Origin: Lama glama
Taxonomy: Eukaryota
Direction: 5' to 3'
Length of the DNA: 64,000 bases
Assembly: GCA_028534125.1 (NCBI GenBank)
Contig: CM052816.1
Location: 14,510,001-14,574,000 of the forward strand
How positions within the stretch are numbered: the stretch's first letter is position 1; the number at the start of each line of letters is the position of its first letter. The translations under genes were made by a program, and so were the position numbers. Under the pieces are notes generated by a model that saw nothing but the letters and a program-made list of their open reading frames with translations, ran no database searches and was not told the origin of the DNA. Positions 36,235 to 48,159 of the stretch are shown piece after piece.

Positions 36235-36375
36235 AAACCCATAGAAGGGTTGTATTGTTGTCCCCATTTTACAGATGAGAAAATCAAGGCTCAGAGAAGT
36301 TAAGTGACTTGTTTGAGATCACACAGCCATCAAGATACAGTGTCAGGACTTGAACTGCATGTTTTGTGTTCCCAC
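36235..36375 (-). mobile_element. MIR SINE
   Basis: tccccattttacagatgagaaaatcaaggctcagagaagttaagtgacttg. Confidence 0.9.
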
Positions 36376-36574
36376 ATGACTCTATCTTAATTGTCTCCTC
36401 TTGGTTCTTAGTGGCATGAATACGCCAGGTGAGAGGACAGAAACTCAATTTCCTTTTCTCTCCCTGATCATGTAGGGCTTGGGGAGGTGAATAAAAACTA
36501 GAAATGTAGCTCGTCTCATTTCCCTTGACAATAGCATCATGAATTCGGTGCTATCATCACGAAAATTTCACACA

Positions 36575-36680
36575 TAGGAAAACTGAGGCTGGGAGAAGTG
36601 CGGTGCTCTGCCCAGGGTCACAGGGCTGGTAGTGTCAGAGGCAGAACTTCAACCCAGTCCTGTCTGACTCCAGAGCCCAC
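36575..36680 (-). mobile_element. MIR SINE fragment
   Basis: ggaaaactgaggct...tgcccagggtcacag...aacccagtcctgtctgactccagagccc. Confidence 0.85.
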
Positions 36681-37279
36681 CCCGCCTTTAGCCCTTTAGC
36701 CACTTGCTTGAAGAGTGAGACACGCTGACTTGAAGTCAGCGACGGTGAGTCCAGCCAGGGCGACCGATGAGTCCGAGAACCTCATTAGGAGCGAAGCTGC
36801 CACACACGTCAAAAACCCAGCCGCCCAGCCAGCCCCACTCTGGCTTCCAGCGCACAGTGTAAACATCCTTACTAATTCACCAAACTCAATCACGTTACCG
36901 GGATGGATTTTCCCATCATTACTCTTGAGTGAGTGACAACCTGCTCAGACACTTGCCTACCCCGCTGCCTTTGGAGAGCTTCAGAAATCAGAATGCTTTG
37001 CTCCCTAAGTTGATTTCAACTTGTCCTAAAGTCATTTTAATTGGTGAAGCATCAGAGGTGATTTGGGTAACTTTCTGAGAGCCCCTTCCCGCCAGCACTG
37101 AGCTACAGGGAGGGGGGCTCTCGAATGCCACCGAGGCCCCTGGGTGGCACTTTCCCCTCCTCTGATTGGTCAGGAGACCTCGCTCCATGCTTTATTTTCA
37201 TATTTCTCGCTGGGTTCCTACCGCTGGTTCCTGAGGATAACAAGATTCATTTTCTCAATGGCTCTGACAGATAGGATTG

Positions 37280-37380
37280 TTATTGTTATTACACTCATAT
37301 ACCACCTTTCCTCCGAGGAGCTTAAGGCGCTTTACAAATTTGAAAATTATCTAATAATCTTCCAGCAACCCTGAGAGAAG
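37280..37380 (-). mobile_element. ancient amniote MIR-type SINE tail (MIR1_Amn-like)
   Basis: Minus strand tgtaaagcgccttaagctcctcggaggaaaggtggtatatgagtg resembles tail TGTAAAGCGCTTTGAGATCCTCGGATGAAAGGCGCTATAT. Confidence 0.55.
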
Positions 37381-38144
37381 GGGAGAAGCTGCAGCTAGAG
37401 GCACTGCGGTGCAGCCAGAGAACCCCCACATCCCTCGCCCCTTAGACCAGGGAGGGCGTGTGGCCCCTGCTGGGTTGGGGCACTTTGAGGCGGTGGGGGG
37501 GCGGCCTCCTAGGGTCCTGCTTCCCCTGCTGCATAAGGAAGAGGATGATGTCTGGGTGGGAGAAGGGAGACAGGCAGGAAGAGAGGGCGGGAGACAGACC
37601 CAGCTCCAAAGGACAAAATCCAATGGGAGGGAGCTCAGGCAACGAGTGCTTTCTTTAAAGACACAAGAAATGAGAGGAAGCAGGAGGCTCCCAGGGGCTT
37701 GCGGGTAAGAGAGCTGAAATTCAAAATGGAAACCTACCAAAGCAGCAACTAGGCTGCTTGCAAAAGACCCAGCTCTGGCATGAGAACACGGGCAGAAATA
37801 TCAAGAGAACCCAAATTGCAAATTTAGGGGGCTGCTCTCAGGTGGGTGTGGGAGCCTCTACGGACCTCTTTTTACTTTTCACCTGGGAGCTGAGAGGTGT
37901 GCCATGTGGTCTTTGCCAGCCTGACATCCTATGATTCTATTTCCTTTAGATTTCCTCTTGCCAGAGGTGACCACAATAATTGCAGCACCCTCACTGAGCG
38001 GGAAGGGGAATCCACCATCAAAATGATGAAGGGCTCAACTGGATCACAGTTATTTTCTTGAGAAGAAGGTGTGCAGACCCCACCTTATTGGAGGCTGTCC
38101 TTTTGGGATTAGGGCCCATTGGTGACGGTTCTAGGCTGTAACCA

Positions 38145-38330
38145 AGCATAGTAGTGTGGATAAGAGCTGGGCTCTGAGATCAGATAACGTGTTGACCTTG
38201 GGCAAATTACATAACTGCAATGAGCCCCCGTTTCCTCATCTGTTCAAGGAAAAGGACAGTGACTACCTTCTGTGGGATGCTTAAGGATGCACTGAGAAGG
38301 TGTGTGTCAACTGCCTGCCACAGTCAGCTA
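38145..38330 (+). mobile_element. MIR SINE
   Basis: gggctctgagatcaga...tgaccttgggcaaattac...tgagcccccgtttcctcatctg. Confidence 0.8.
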
Positions 38331-38379
38331 TGAAGATGGCGAAGATGAGGAAGAGGCAAAATAAATGCTGGTGACATGG

Positions 38380-39180
38380 TGAGATATTGTGATTTATAAT
38401 AAGAAATATGTATTTGGTCTTTGTCCTGTTTCTGGCACAGAGCTCCTAAAATGCTTGGTAAGAGCCATAAAGATACTTTAGATATGTTAATGAGGTGAAT
38501 TTTAGAAAGGCTCCCAGATCACCTAAGCATGGGGTTGGCTGCCAGGGGACCTAACCATGAGATTAGAAGGTTGCAATTTTTAATCCCACCCCCGCAACAA
38601 TGCCTCCACCCCCATGACCTCCATTGAGTTCAAGCACTGATGACCAATGATTTATTCAACCATGCCTGTGTAATGAAGCCGCCATAAAAACCCAAAAGGA
38701 AGGATTCAGAGAGCTTGACTGGTTAGTGAACATGGGGAGGTTTGGGGAGAGTGGCTTGTCTGGAGAGAGCACAGAAACCCCACACTTTTTCCCCACACCT
38801 TACCCGATGCATCTCTTCATCTGGCTGTTTCTGAATCATATCATTTTATTTAAAGAATGGTATTCTAGTAAGTAAATATTTCTCTACATTTTGTGAGCCG
38901 CTCTAGCACATTAATTGAGCCTGAGCAGGCGGTCATTAGAACATCCAACCTATAGCACAGGTGACAGCCTCGACTTTCGACTTTGATTGGTGGCTGAAGT
39001 GGGAGTGGGGGCGTGTCAGTCCTGTAGGATTCGGCCCTTAACCTGTAGAATCTGATGCGATCTCCTGGTACATAGTGTCAGAATGGAACTGAGTTGTAGG
39101 ACACCCAGCTGGTGTTCGAGAATTGCTGTTGGTGTAGAGAACACTCCTTCCCTCCACATTGGAACTGGGCGACCAGAACC
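38380..39180 (+). mobile_element. MER21-family solo LTR (~800 bp)
   Basis: Starts tgagatattgtgatttataataagaaatatgtatttggtc...ctggcacagagctcctaaaa; internal gtaatgaagccgccataaaaaccc; ends ttgtaggacacccagctggtgt. Confidence 0.88.
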
Positions 39181-39899
39181 CTTTATATGGCTACCCTTGC
39201 CTGGAGCTTCTTCTAAAGGCCTGTCCTCTCTCAAGGACTGGGACAGCCAGGCTCGGGTCAGTTGGCAGGCTGGGGATTTGGGTGGGAAGGGTGAGGCAGG
39301 GTCCGGAGACCCGGCACGATGGTCTTTCAGGCATCTGCTCTTCACCCTCTGCTCACCCCAGGCGCACCAGACCATGGCTGTCATTCTAATCCCCTTTGCT
39401 GCTCTCTTCCTACTGCTCTGACCTTCCCCCTGCAGCCTCAACTGATGCTGGAGGTGCCGGCTAGCTGAATCCCCCTCCTGCTCCTCCAGCCGGCACCTCT
39501 CCCTGAGTCTCCACTGGGGCTCTGACAAGGTGGCTTGGTGCACCCAACCTTTAGAGAAGCCTGGGCCCCCTCTGCTTTGACTTGGGGGGGGGGACCCCTG
39601 AGGAGCCCAAAGGAGGACACTAAGAAGTGGAAGTGATGCTGTCGACCGGAGTCTGAAGGGCAGGTTTGGGAGGAGGGGCGTTGTCATTCAGGACAGGGAG
39701 CTGGAGAGAGAGCAGAGCAGCTTTTGAGGGTGAAGAGAGGATGCCAGAGGGGGAGGCTTTTGGAGTTCTGTCCTCCCACTGAAACGAGACATAGTCGGTA
39801 CTCACTAGATTGGAGCTATTCATATATACACATAGTTTTTAAATAATTAAGAAATTTCAAAACACCCAGCCCTCCAAGGTGCCACAGAGCTGGTATCAT

Positions 39900-40505
39900 C
39901 CATCTATCCATCCATCCATCTATCCATCCAATAAATATTTATTAAGCACTGACTCTGTGCCAGACCCAATGCAAGACACTGGAGTACAGTGATGAACAAA
40001 AACAGACATAGGCTCTGACTTCACGGAGCTGAGTCTAGCGAGGGAGAGAACCTTTAAGTAGGTGGACACCCAGATAAAGAAATGATTTAAAAAGCAACTT
40101 GGATACTCCATCATGCATTTAATGATATTCTGAGAGCAAAACTAAGAGGGCCGACTCTAGAAGGCTGGCCACGGCAAACCGCTTCGTGGAAACACTGGGT
40201 AAGATATGATGTAAAGGCGAGGGGGAACCGCCAGGAGCAGCCGAGGGAGAGAGGGCGGAGGGGACGATGGAGCCACGGCTCCCAGGACACCGACAGGAGG
40301 GTCAGCAGGGCCTGGGCCATACCAGGTCTGGGCAGGAGGTGGGATTTTTTTTTTTTTAATTCTTAAGTGCAATGGGAAGTTACCAAAGGAGAGTGATCAA
40401 ATTTAAGTTTTTAATGATTTCTCTGGTGGTGGAGTGATGGATGGATGAGGGAGGGGGACAAGAGGAGAATAGCCAGACCAGTGAGTGGGCTATTTCAGGA
40501 GCTAG
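39900..40505 (-). mobile_element. L2 LINE fragment
   Basis: catccaataaatatttattaagcactgactctgtgccag...gatgaacaaaacagaca...aagtgcaatgggaagt. Confidence 0.8.
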
Positions 40506-40560
40506 AAGGCTAGGGGGCCTGCCAGGATGTTCACCCTCTACCCACTTAGGGTCTGGAATG

Positions 40561-40697
40561 CAGTGGTTCTCAGTGTTGGCTGAATATCAGAACCACCTGG
40601 GGAGTTTTAAGACTCGTGAGGCCCAGGCTGCCCCCTAGACCACTTACATCGGAGTTTCTGAGGCAAGGACTCAGCACCAGTCCTTTTTAAAGCTTCC
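40561..40697. mobile_element. MER5A1/MER5B-type hAT-Charlie fragment
   Basis: cagtggttctcagtgttggctgaatatcagaaccacctggggagtttt. Confidence 0.75.
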
Positions 40698-40734
40698 AGC
40701 ACAGTCACCAGCTCCAAGAGGATGGAGAAGGGAA

Positions 40735-41040
40735 TTCATGTTTACTGAGCACCTACCACGTGCCCGTGGCTATGTCAGTTTACTGGGCCAACATTCATTG
40801 CTTAATCTACAACTGTGAGAGATGGTATTGCTGTACCCACTTTACAGAAGTGGAAGCTGAGACTCAGAAAAGTGAAATATTTTGCTTTTCTACTTCCTGG
40901 CCATGAGGAAGTCATTTAAACCTCTTTGAGCCTCATTTTGGGTATGTATGAATTGGGGATAGTATCTACTTCCTAGGACGGGCAGGAGAGATAAATGAGG
41001 CAGGTGTGCCCACATCTGGAACAGAATAAGAGTTCAACAG
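40735..41040. mobile_element. two adjacent MIR fragments in opposite orientation
   Basis: Minus-strand MIR 40735-40880 (cactttacagaagtggaagctgagactcagaaaag) then plus-strand MIR 40890-41040 (aagtcatttaaacctctttgagcctca). Confidence 0.75.
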
Positions 41041-41704
41041 ATTATAATTTTTATTAGCGGAGCCCAAGGCCCCAGAGTCAGTAAGCGGTTGAGGCAGGAT
41101 TGGAGCTCTTACCTGTTTCAGCTCCCACAGCTGGAAGAGGGGTCTGCTCTGTGGAAAGAGACTGGTTTCTGAGTGAAACCAGCCCAGGCACAAAGATCAG
41201 AGCCCCCAACCAAGCCTGAGGGTCCACACCCACACCCCACACTTGCTCTAGTCTCAGCTGCATTCACACCAGGGTTGCAGCAGGGCCTCCGGGGCTTCCC
41301 TCTGAAAGGAGGGGTGGGAACTCTTCTCCCCTTTCAGAGATGCGGGAGTGGCTTGCCCAAAGGCAAAGGAATGGCCCCAGGCCCCCTATCTCCCTGCCAC
41401 AGGCATTCTCCTCTTGCAAGGGGCAGTGGAGGGCAAGATGAGGCTTGACCCATTACCTACAGCCAACTCTAGGTGCCCAGAAGGGTGGGTGGTCTGAGGG
41501 TGAAGGCTGGGGCCAAGGGCCCAACCCCTCGGCCCAGTGATGGTGGGTTCCCTGGCCGACTCTCGTGGGCCCAGCACCATGGGGGCCCCCACTGCCATCT
41601 CTCATCTCTGAGAGCGCCCCAAGCTGGAGCCCAGAGGTTTTTCTCTGTCAACACTGGCCAGGCTGGGGACGAAGTGGGTTCCCTCAGCCATCTCAGTAGA
41701 GCAG

Positions 41705-42265
41705 AGCTGCTGTAAAGACAGGCTCTGAAGTCAGGCAGACTCAAACTTCAACCCCAGCCCCGTCTCTTTTGAGCTATAATACCTTGGACAAGTTTAACTT
41801 ATCTAAGCCTCAGTTTCCTCATCTGCAAAATGGAGGTAAGTAAAAAATAACGTAGGTCAAATCAACGGATAAGGAAGGAGCTCCAAGACATTTTGTTTGT
41901 TCAAAACAAAAAATGCAGAGCAGAAGAAAAGCAAGATGCAGAACTGTTTCAATATAGTATGCACCAAGCTGAATTTTTAAAAATGGATCTCTCACACATG
42001 TGTGTGTGCTTGGATGTATAGAGGCCATATCAGAAAGCGCACAGAGCGGTCTTCTGGGGAGTGGGGCGGGGATGGCAGTAGGAAGAAGAGTTACTTTTCA
42101 TTGATTACACCTGGTGCTGTTCAAATTGTTTACTTTGTTCATGTTTTTATTTTTTTCAATTAAAGTTTTTTTTTTAATGGGGTTAATAATACTGACAGGG
42201 TTGACTCAAGGATTAAATAAATCAATGCATATAAAGTGCTTAGCACCATGCCTAGCACAGAGCGG
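41705..42265 (+). mobile_element. MIR SINE split by an old L1 (L1ME-like) 3' fragment (~41900-42175)
   Basis: MIR 5' half to atctgcaaaatgg; L1ME-like aagcaagatgcagaac...ttacttttcatt; MIR resumes aatggggttaataa...aaagtgcttagcac. Confidence 0.75.
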
Positions 42266-42309
42266 GTTCTCAACTCCACACCACAGTGTTTATTGAACAT
42301 GCCATTGTT

Positions 42310-42650
42310 TCCATTGGTCCCGATTCTTCACTCCCTCCCTCTGCAATATCCACACCCCCACCTCAGCCTCAGGACCTGCTTTGGCCAAGGGGGTGTGGCT
42401 AGGCATGCTCTCTTGCATTCCTGCTTTTGCAGAAGAGCATGCTTGCAGTAGCAACTGGTCCAACAAGGATGAGAGCTGCGCGGAGCAGACCCACACCCAA
42501 GCCACAGCTTAGAATCAAGCTCAGCTCAGCTGAGCCCAGTCCAGATCAAGCAAAACCCAGTCAGCTTACAGGAAATACTTACTGTTGTAGGGCCCTATAT
42601 TTTTGGAGTGCTTTGTTATACAGCATTATTGTGGCAAAAGCTGACTATAG
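42310..42650 (+). mobile_element. MLT1 (MaLR) LTR fragment
   Basis: 3' end tttttggagtgctttgttatacagcattattgtggcaaaagctgactata; internal cagctgagcccagtccagatcaag. Confidence 0.75.
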
Positions 42651-43110
42651 GGTGGGCCCTGTGCTAAGTACAGGGGAGACAGGGAGGAACAAATAGAGAA
42701 ACAATCCTGGCCCTCATGGAGCTCATATACTAATGATGAAAGGGGTATGAGGGCATTTAATTGTGGATAGTCTTGATCTAGGCAAAGGGTCAAAGAAGCT
42801 TCCTTGAGAAACTGACTTGAACTGAGACTTGAAGGATGAACAGGAGTTAACTAGGTAAACTCCTCCAGACCGAGGAATCGAATATTCAAAGGCTCTGAGG
42901 CTGGAAGGGAACATGGCTCCTCCAGTGGGGCTGACAGTGGCTGGAGAACAGAGGGACAAGTGTGAGATGGGGAGGTGGGTGGAAGGGATCATGCAAGGAG
43001 TTTTCTTTAAAGCAATGGGAACCTAGGAAATAGTTTGGGAAGAGGGTTTGATGGAAGGGAGAGGATGACACAATCAGATTTATTTTGGAAGAGGTCATTT
43101 GGACTGAGGT
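42650..43110 (-). mobile_element. L2 LINE fragment
   Basis: ccctcatggagctcata...ttgaactgagacttgaaggatgaacaggagttaactagg...gacacaatcagattta. Confidence 0.85.
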
Positions 43111-44029
43111 TATATACATACTGGAAGTTAGATGATACTAGAACTATCACAACATCTGCGCCCACCTCTGTATCTCTGCCACATTTGTGTCTATACCCCA
43201 TCTGTGTCCTTGCTTTTGTGTCTGGCCCCAGAAGCTCCATGGACCCCTGCCCCTTCCCAGATTACTGGGGTCCTTAAAAACTGAAGGCCCCCTTCATCCA
43301 CACAATATGGGTACACCCTGTGCATCTCTAAAAACCTTATCCATCTTCTAAGTATCTGGTCTCTCCAGTCTAGGCCGGGAGTGCTGGTCCTAGTCTGGTG
43401 TCTCTAGACCAGCAGAGGCTGATGATTGCCCCCAGGGCTCCTGAGTTTGAGGCTGGGAGGAGGTGGGGAGGAGCAGGAGGTACAGAGGGCCCTGGCATCT
43501 GCAAACCTCCCATCAGTGCAAATCAATGCAAGATTAAAATTCATGATGGTTCCGGGGCACAACTGCAAACAATTTGTTCAGTAAACTTTGCTCTAATTGG
43601 CATTCTTAGAATTTCCTGTTAATCAGGCCCCTTGGGCTCTGTGGGGCTAGGATGCTCTGTCTCCCCATGACAGGACAAGGAGCATATGTGGGTGGGTGTG
43701 AGAGGAAAGGGGAGGGAAGACTGGCAAATGTGAGCATCTGTAACCACGTGCCTGGGTACGTCTCACTGTGCAGACTCAACTATCAGGTTGGGGTGTCCAC
43801 AGATGACTCTGCCCAGGAGAACCTCTGTGCCACTCCAGGTGGGTCTTTGTGTTTTGGGGGAGCTCTGCCTGAGTCAGAGTCTATGGGTCAGTCTGTTGGG
43901 GACTGTGTGTCTGTCCAGGTGTGTGTCTAGGTGTCGGCGTGATGCGCATCTGTTGGGGCATGTGTCCAGGTGGTGAGGGTGGGCGTTTGTCCAAGCGTGT
44001 GTTAGGACCTGTATCTAAATGCTCATTAA

Positions 44030-44109
44030 TTTTTTTTTAACAGAGGTACTAGGGATTGAACTCAGGAATGCTAAGCATGTGCTCTACCACTGAGCTACAC
44101 GCCCACCCC
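44030..44109 (-). mobile_element. tRNA-derived camelid-type SINE (vic-1-like, short)
   Basis: Minus strand gtagctcagtggtagagcacatgcttagcattcctgagttcaatccctagtacctctgtt-A(n); A and B boxes visible. Confidence 0.85.
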
Positions 44110-46334
44110 GTATGTGTTGATTTCCGTTGGTGCCCGCACACATGTAGCTGTCCAGGCATGGTCTGGGTCTCAGCGTGAAGACGCTAGGCCCACAGTCCTC
44201 AATTAACCCTCTCTTTGGCTCCAAGAGATAGTAATTGATGATGATCAAGTTGGGTCCTAACTCAGAGGGTTTGCTGTCCAGGAGTCCCTCGTCTGTCCGT
44301 GCTGGTCATCACTGAACAGGGGCTGGGCCCAGTGCTAACAGTCCCCCACACCACGCCCACCACCCTGTCCCCCCAGGGCCCAGGGCCTTAAGGCTTTCGA
44401 GGGTTCTGCTGAAAAATGTCAATGACCTCACATATGAACAGAACTCACGAGAAGGAATCACAAGTAATAAATGCTTAACAGAAGTCTACAAAATGTAACC
44501 TTTGCCAACTACAAAGCTGCTCAACTCATATGTTTATACACAAATCCTGTGTAACATGGGATCTGGCTGTGTTTCACTGTGTTTGATATTATGGAAGGTA
44601 GAGCCTCCAGGAGTAAGATGACCTGAGTCAGTGTAGATGATCCCGGCCCGCCCGGTGAGCTCCGGCGGGAGCCCCCCCCACCCCCACCCCCACCGGTTCC
44701 CAGCCCTCGGCTCACTCTCACGAGGAGCTGTCCTCTGTCCTTGGGCAGTGCTGGGGTCACCTTGGCACGCTGTCAGACCCTGACACACAGAGACTGGAAA
44801 GGCGTGGCGGTGTGTGTGTGTGTGTGTGTGTGTCACGGGCCTCTGAGTGCCAGGGCTGCATGTGCCTCCGAATGGGTTTACACCCAAACACGGATCGTGA
44901 GCGCAGCGCTTGTGTAATTGTGTGTAAGGGACTGTGTCTGATGCCCAGATGGCTAGGATGCTTCTTTCCGGTGTGCGCGCGCACGCGTGCATGCCCAAAC
45001 AGATATCTTGCCTGAGCGTGAGGGCGGTTGAGGGTGTGCTGGCTTGGGTGGGGGTGTGCGGGTGGCCCCCACCCCAGCATCCCACACAATCATTATCTCA
45101 GCAGGAGCAGCTCTTGCCCTGGGGCCTGCCCTCACTGTTTCAAGCAGCTGTTGCTTTTCCCCAAATTAACCCCTCTGCTCTAGCTTCTCATTTTCCTGCT
45201 AGGGGGCCGTGGGCTGGCTGGGGAGGGGTATCCGGAGGACAGTGCCCCCAGCAGGCAAGCTGATCTTCCACAGACCCCCGCCTCCTCCCCCTGTCCACAG
45301 GGGTTCCTCTTCTTTCTTGAGCCTGTGGACAACAGTGATTGCATGACCGGGTATTGGAGTGTTGGTTGTGTGACTCTGTGTATTTGAGAGACAGAGAGAC
45401 AGAGAGAGATGGGGGGAGATCGGAGCTGGGTCTAGAATGTTAGAATGTGAATAGTTCAGGAGCAGACAGGGTCCTGGCTGCCTGAGAGGGGTGAGGCTGC
45501 TCTCTTGGTCCCAGGCTAGGGTCCTGAGCCCCTCTGGCACTGGGGAAGGACCAGGAGAGCCTGGATTTCAGGTGGCAGGGACACGGCTTTGCCCAGCTGC
45601 GGATGTCGAGGGCCCAGCCTAGGCTTATCCAGGGCACCCAGGGAGGCTCAGCCTTGGTAGAGGGCGTGCAGCCTCCTCCACCTGCCTATGGGGCAAAACC
45701 CACGTGAGGGAGAGCCAGGATCCCCGCAGAAGTTGCTAAGGAGAGGGGAAGTAGGGAGACAGATGAAAGAAGAGAGAAGGGGGAAAGAGTTAATTCCTGA
45801 AGACCTTGGTCTGAGCACCTCTCTGAGGCCCAGGGAGAAGGAGTGGGCTCTAGAGAGTCCACATGAGACTCAGGGAAGATGCGGGCAAGGGAGCCCAGGC
45901 CTGGGGGAGGTGGATGGACAGCTCTGAGCTCCACGATGGGTGCTCTGAGCTCCTGCAGCTGCATGGAAGGACCTTATGTCATCCGACAAACCTGCAGACC
46001 ACATTGGGTGGGTGCAGGGACATCAGCCTCCAGCACCTTGGCTCTGACTCCAAGACATTCACGTCTAACATGTGCCCCTGGGATGCAAGCATGAGCAGGA
46101 CCCTGGCCAGCCCTCACAGAACCGCTGTGTGCCAGGGCTGCATGTGGCTTGTGCTGGGAGAGGCAGAGGAGTAACCAGTGCTGGGATAGGGGAAGCTCAG
46201 GGCTGTGGCCACCCAGAGAAGGCACATGACCCAGCCTGGGGAGTAGGAAAGTTTTTGGAGGTGGCCTCTCATCCTAGGCTGAAAATAATAACACCACCAA
46301 TTGTTATTTGGAGCAATAGTAAGAAACCACAGCA

Positions 46335-46530
46335 ATATTGAACAACCTGCCACATGCTAGATATTTTATGTCATTTAAGCTTTATAACTCCCCTGTGAGT
46401 TAGGTACTAGAATCTCCATCTTTACAGATGAGGAAATCGAGGCTCAGAAAGGTGAAGTACTCTGTCCAAGAACATATAGCTAAAAAGTGACAGAGCTAAG
46501 ATTTCAAGTCCACCAAAATCTGTGCTTTTA
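46335..46530 (-). mobile_element. MIR SINE
   Basis: ctttacagatgaggaaatcgaggctcagaaaggtgaagtactctgtccaag. Confidence 0.9.
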
Positions 46531-47224
46531 CCCTCAGTGAAACACAGCCTCCCTTGGCCCTGAGTCTCTCCTAATTTCAGCAGCAGCCCCTCAGGCCTCT
46601 GAAGATCCCCCTCCGATCTTCAGCCCGGCAGCTTGGACCAGGCCCATGCGGGCAGGAGAAATTGGGAGGGGAGGTGTAGTCCGCAGGCCGGCATCTGCAG
46701 CGAATGACATCTACCTGGCCTTGTTTTCATTTGCTTTTTGGTGGAGAAGGGAAAAGGCCCACATTTTTTATGACACCAGCTTGTGATTCTATTTTTCTGT
46801 TGAAATTCTGGGTGAGGGAAAAATAAGAGACATCAGAGAAAGCTTCAGCATCTCATTTCGAGAGCCTGAGCTGCAGATAAATGAGCCTCCTGCAGAAATG
46901 CTACATCAAAGCGAATTTTCTCAGCTCTATTTTCTTTCTTTTAATAGGGCCATTTACTACATTAATATTCCAGGAAGTCATTTTAATTTTGTGTTTATCA
47001 TCCATTGGGAAAGTTAAACAGGATCAATATGTAACCAGTGGCGAACTGGGGGATCTTGGGGGAGAAAGGGGGTGTTTGGAGGGTATGGTGATTCCACAAC
47101 TGGGAGTCCTTAGGAGGGGGCGGCGGCTGGGGAAGCGGGGAAGGGGTGGGAGGGTGGGGGAGGGGCGGGGCTGGGGGAGCTGTCAGCTGGTAATTGAACA
47201 CTGACGCATCAGAGAAACAATTAG

Positions 47225-47365
47225 TGAGCAGCTACTAGTGTGAGGCACTGCGCATGCCTTATGTTTTTCAATCCTCACAAGCACTCAGGAAGCAGGTATC
47301 ATTATTCCCATCCTCACATATGGGAAAACTGAGGCCCAGAAAACCTGTCACATGTCCAAGGTCTT
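47225..47365 (-). mobile_element. MIR SINE
   Basis: aatcctcacaa...gggaaaactgaggcccagaaa...gtccaaggtc. Confidence 0.85.
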
Positions 47366-47384
47366 ACAGGAGAACTCTGATTCA

Positions 47385-47960
47385 TAGACTGATTCATTCC
47401 TTCAATACATACATGTCAAGCACCTGCTATGTGCCAGGCAGTTACCAAACAGCTGGCAGCTTTAGGTCAATGAAAGTTAATTCTGTAGAAGCCTAAGGCC
47501 ATGTCAAATCCACTGAAGATCTCTTTTGGCGAATTGCCGGCTTCTGGGGAAGCAGGTAGGCCCCTGCCCTTGTGGCCGTTACAGTCAAGCGGGGAGACAG
47601 GTTTTCACAAAACAGTCACACAAGTCAAGATGAACTTGCCCCTGTGGTTGGAGCTGGAATGGCGGGTTTCATTGAGACTGGGAAAGACTTCCTGGGAGTG
47701 GTGATGCTCCAACTGGGATCTGAGGGAAGCGAGGAAGGAGCTGGGTGAGGGGAAGGAGCAGAGAGATGTGGCAGGGATGCGGCCAGTTCCAGGGGGCATG
47801 AGAAGGGAGCACTGAGGCTGGGAGCTGCCAGGGACGTGGCAGGGCGGCGAGGGCTCCCAAGATCGGACAGCAGATGTGATGGAAGCTCCTGATCCAGGTA
47901 AGTAAGGACTAAAGGAGCCCAGGAGGCCATGAGGCAGATGTGTACTCTGGGGCAGGTTGC
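47385..47960 (-). mobile_element. L2 LINE fragment(s)
   Basis: attcattccttcaatacatac...aagcacctgctatgtgccaggca; gggaaagacttcctgggagtggtgatg. Confidence 0.65.
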
Positions 47961-48159
47961 ATGCACTGCGGGCCTTTACCCTGGACTCTGTAAGGCCAGG
48001 CCGGGCAGTGGAAGAAGCCAGGGGTGGGAAGTGGTGGATTTTGAATAAAGCTCTGTGAGCCGAGGGTGTCTCAGGGACGTGGAGGAGGTCAGGGAGGATG
48101 GAGCTGGATCTTAAAGGAGGGGATGGGTCCTCAGGGAACTGATAGATGAAGCAGGCAAA

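Noticed and set aside
36858..36870. TGTAAACATCCTT, identical to the first 13 nt of miR-30e-5p
   Set aside because: Diverges afterwards and has no complementary 3p arm; better explained as a forkhead site.
39016..39687. Longest ORF (223 aa, minus strand)
   Set aside because: Runs into the MER21 LTR, is rich in P/S/G/R, and shows no recognisable homology or exon structure.
44030..44109. Possible tRNA gene (A and B boxes)
   Set aside because: A-rich tail, no complete cloverleaf, and similarity to the 26274 element identify it as a tRNA-derived SINE.
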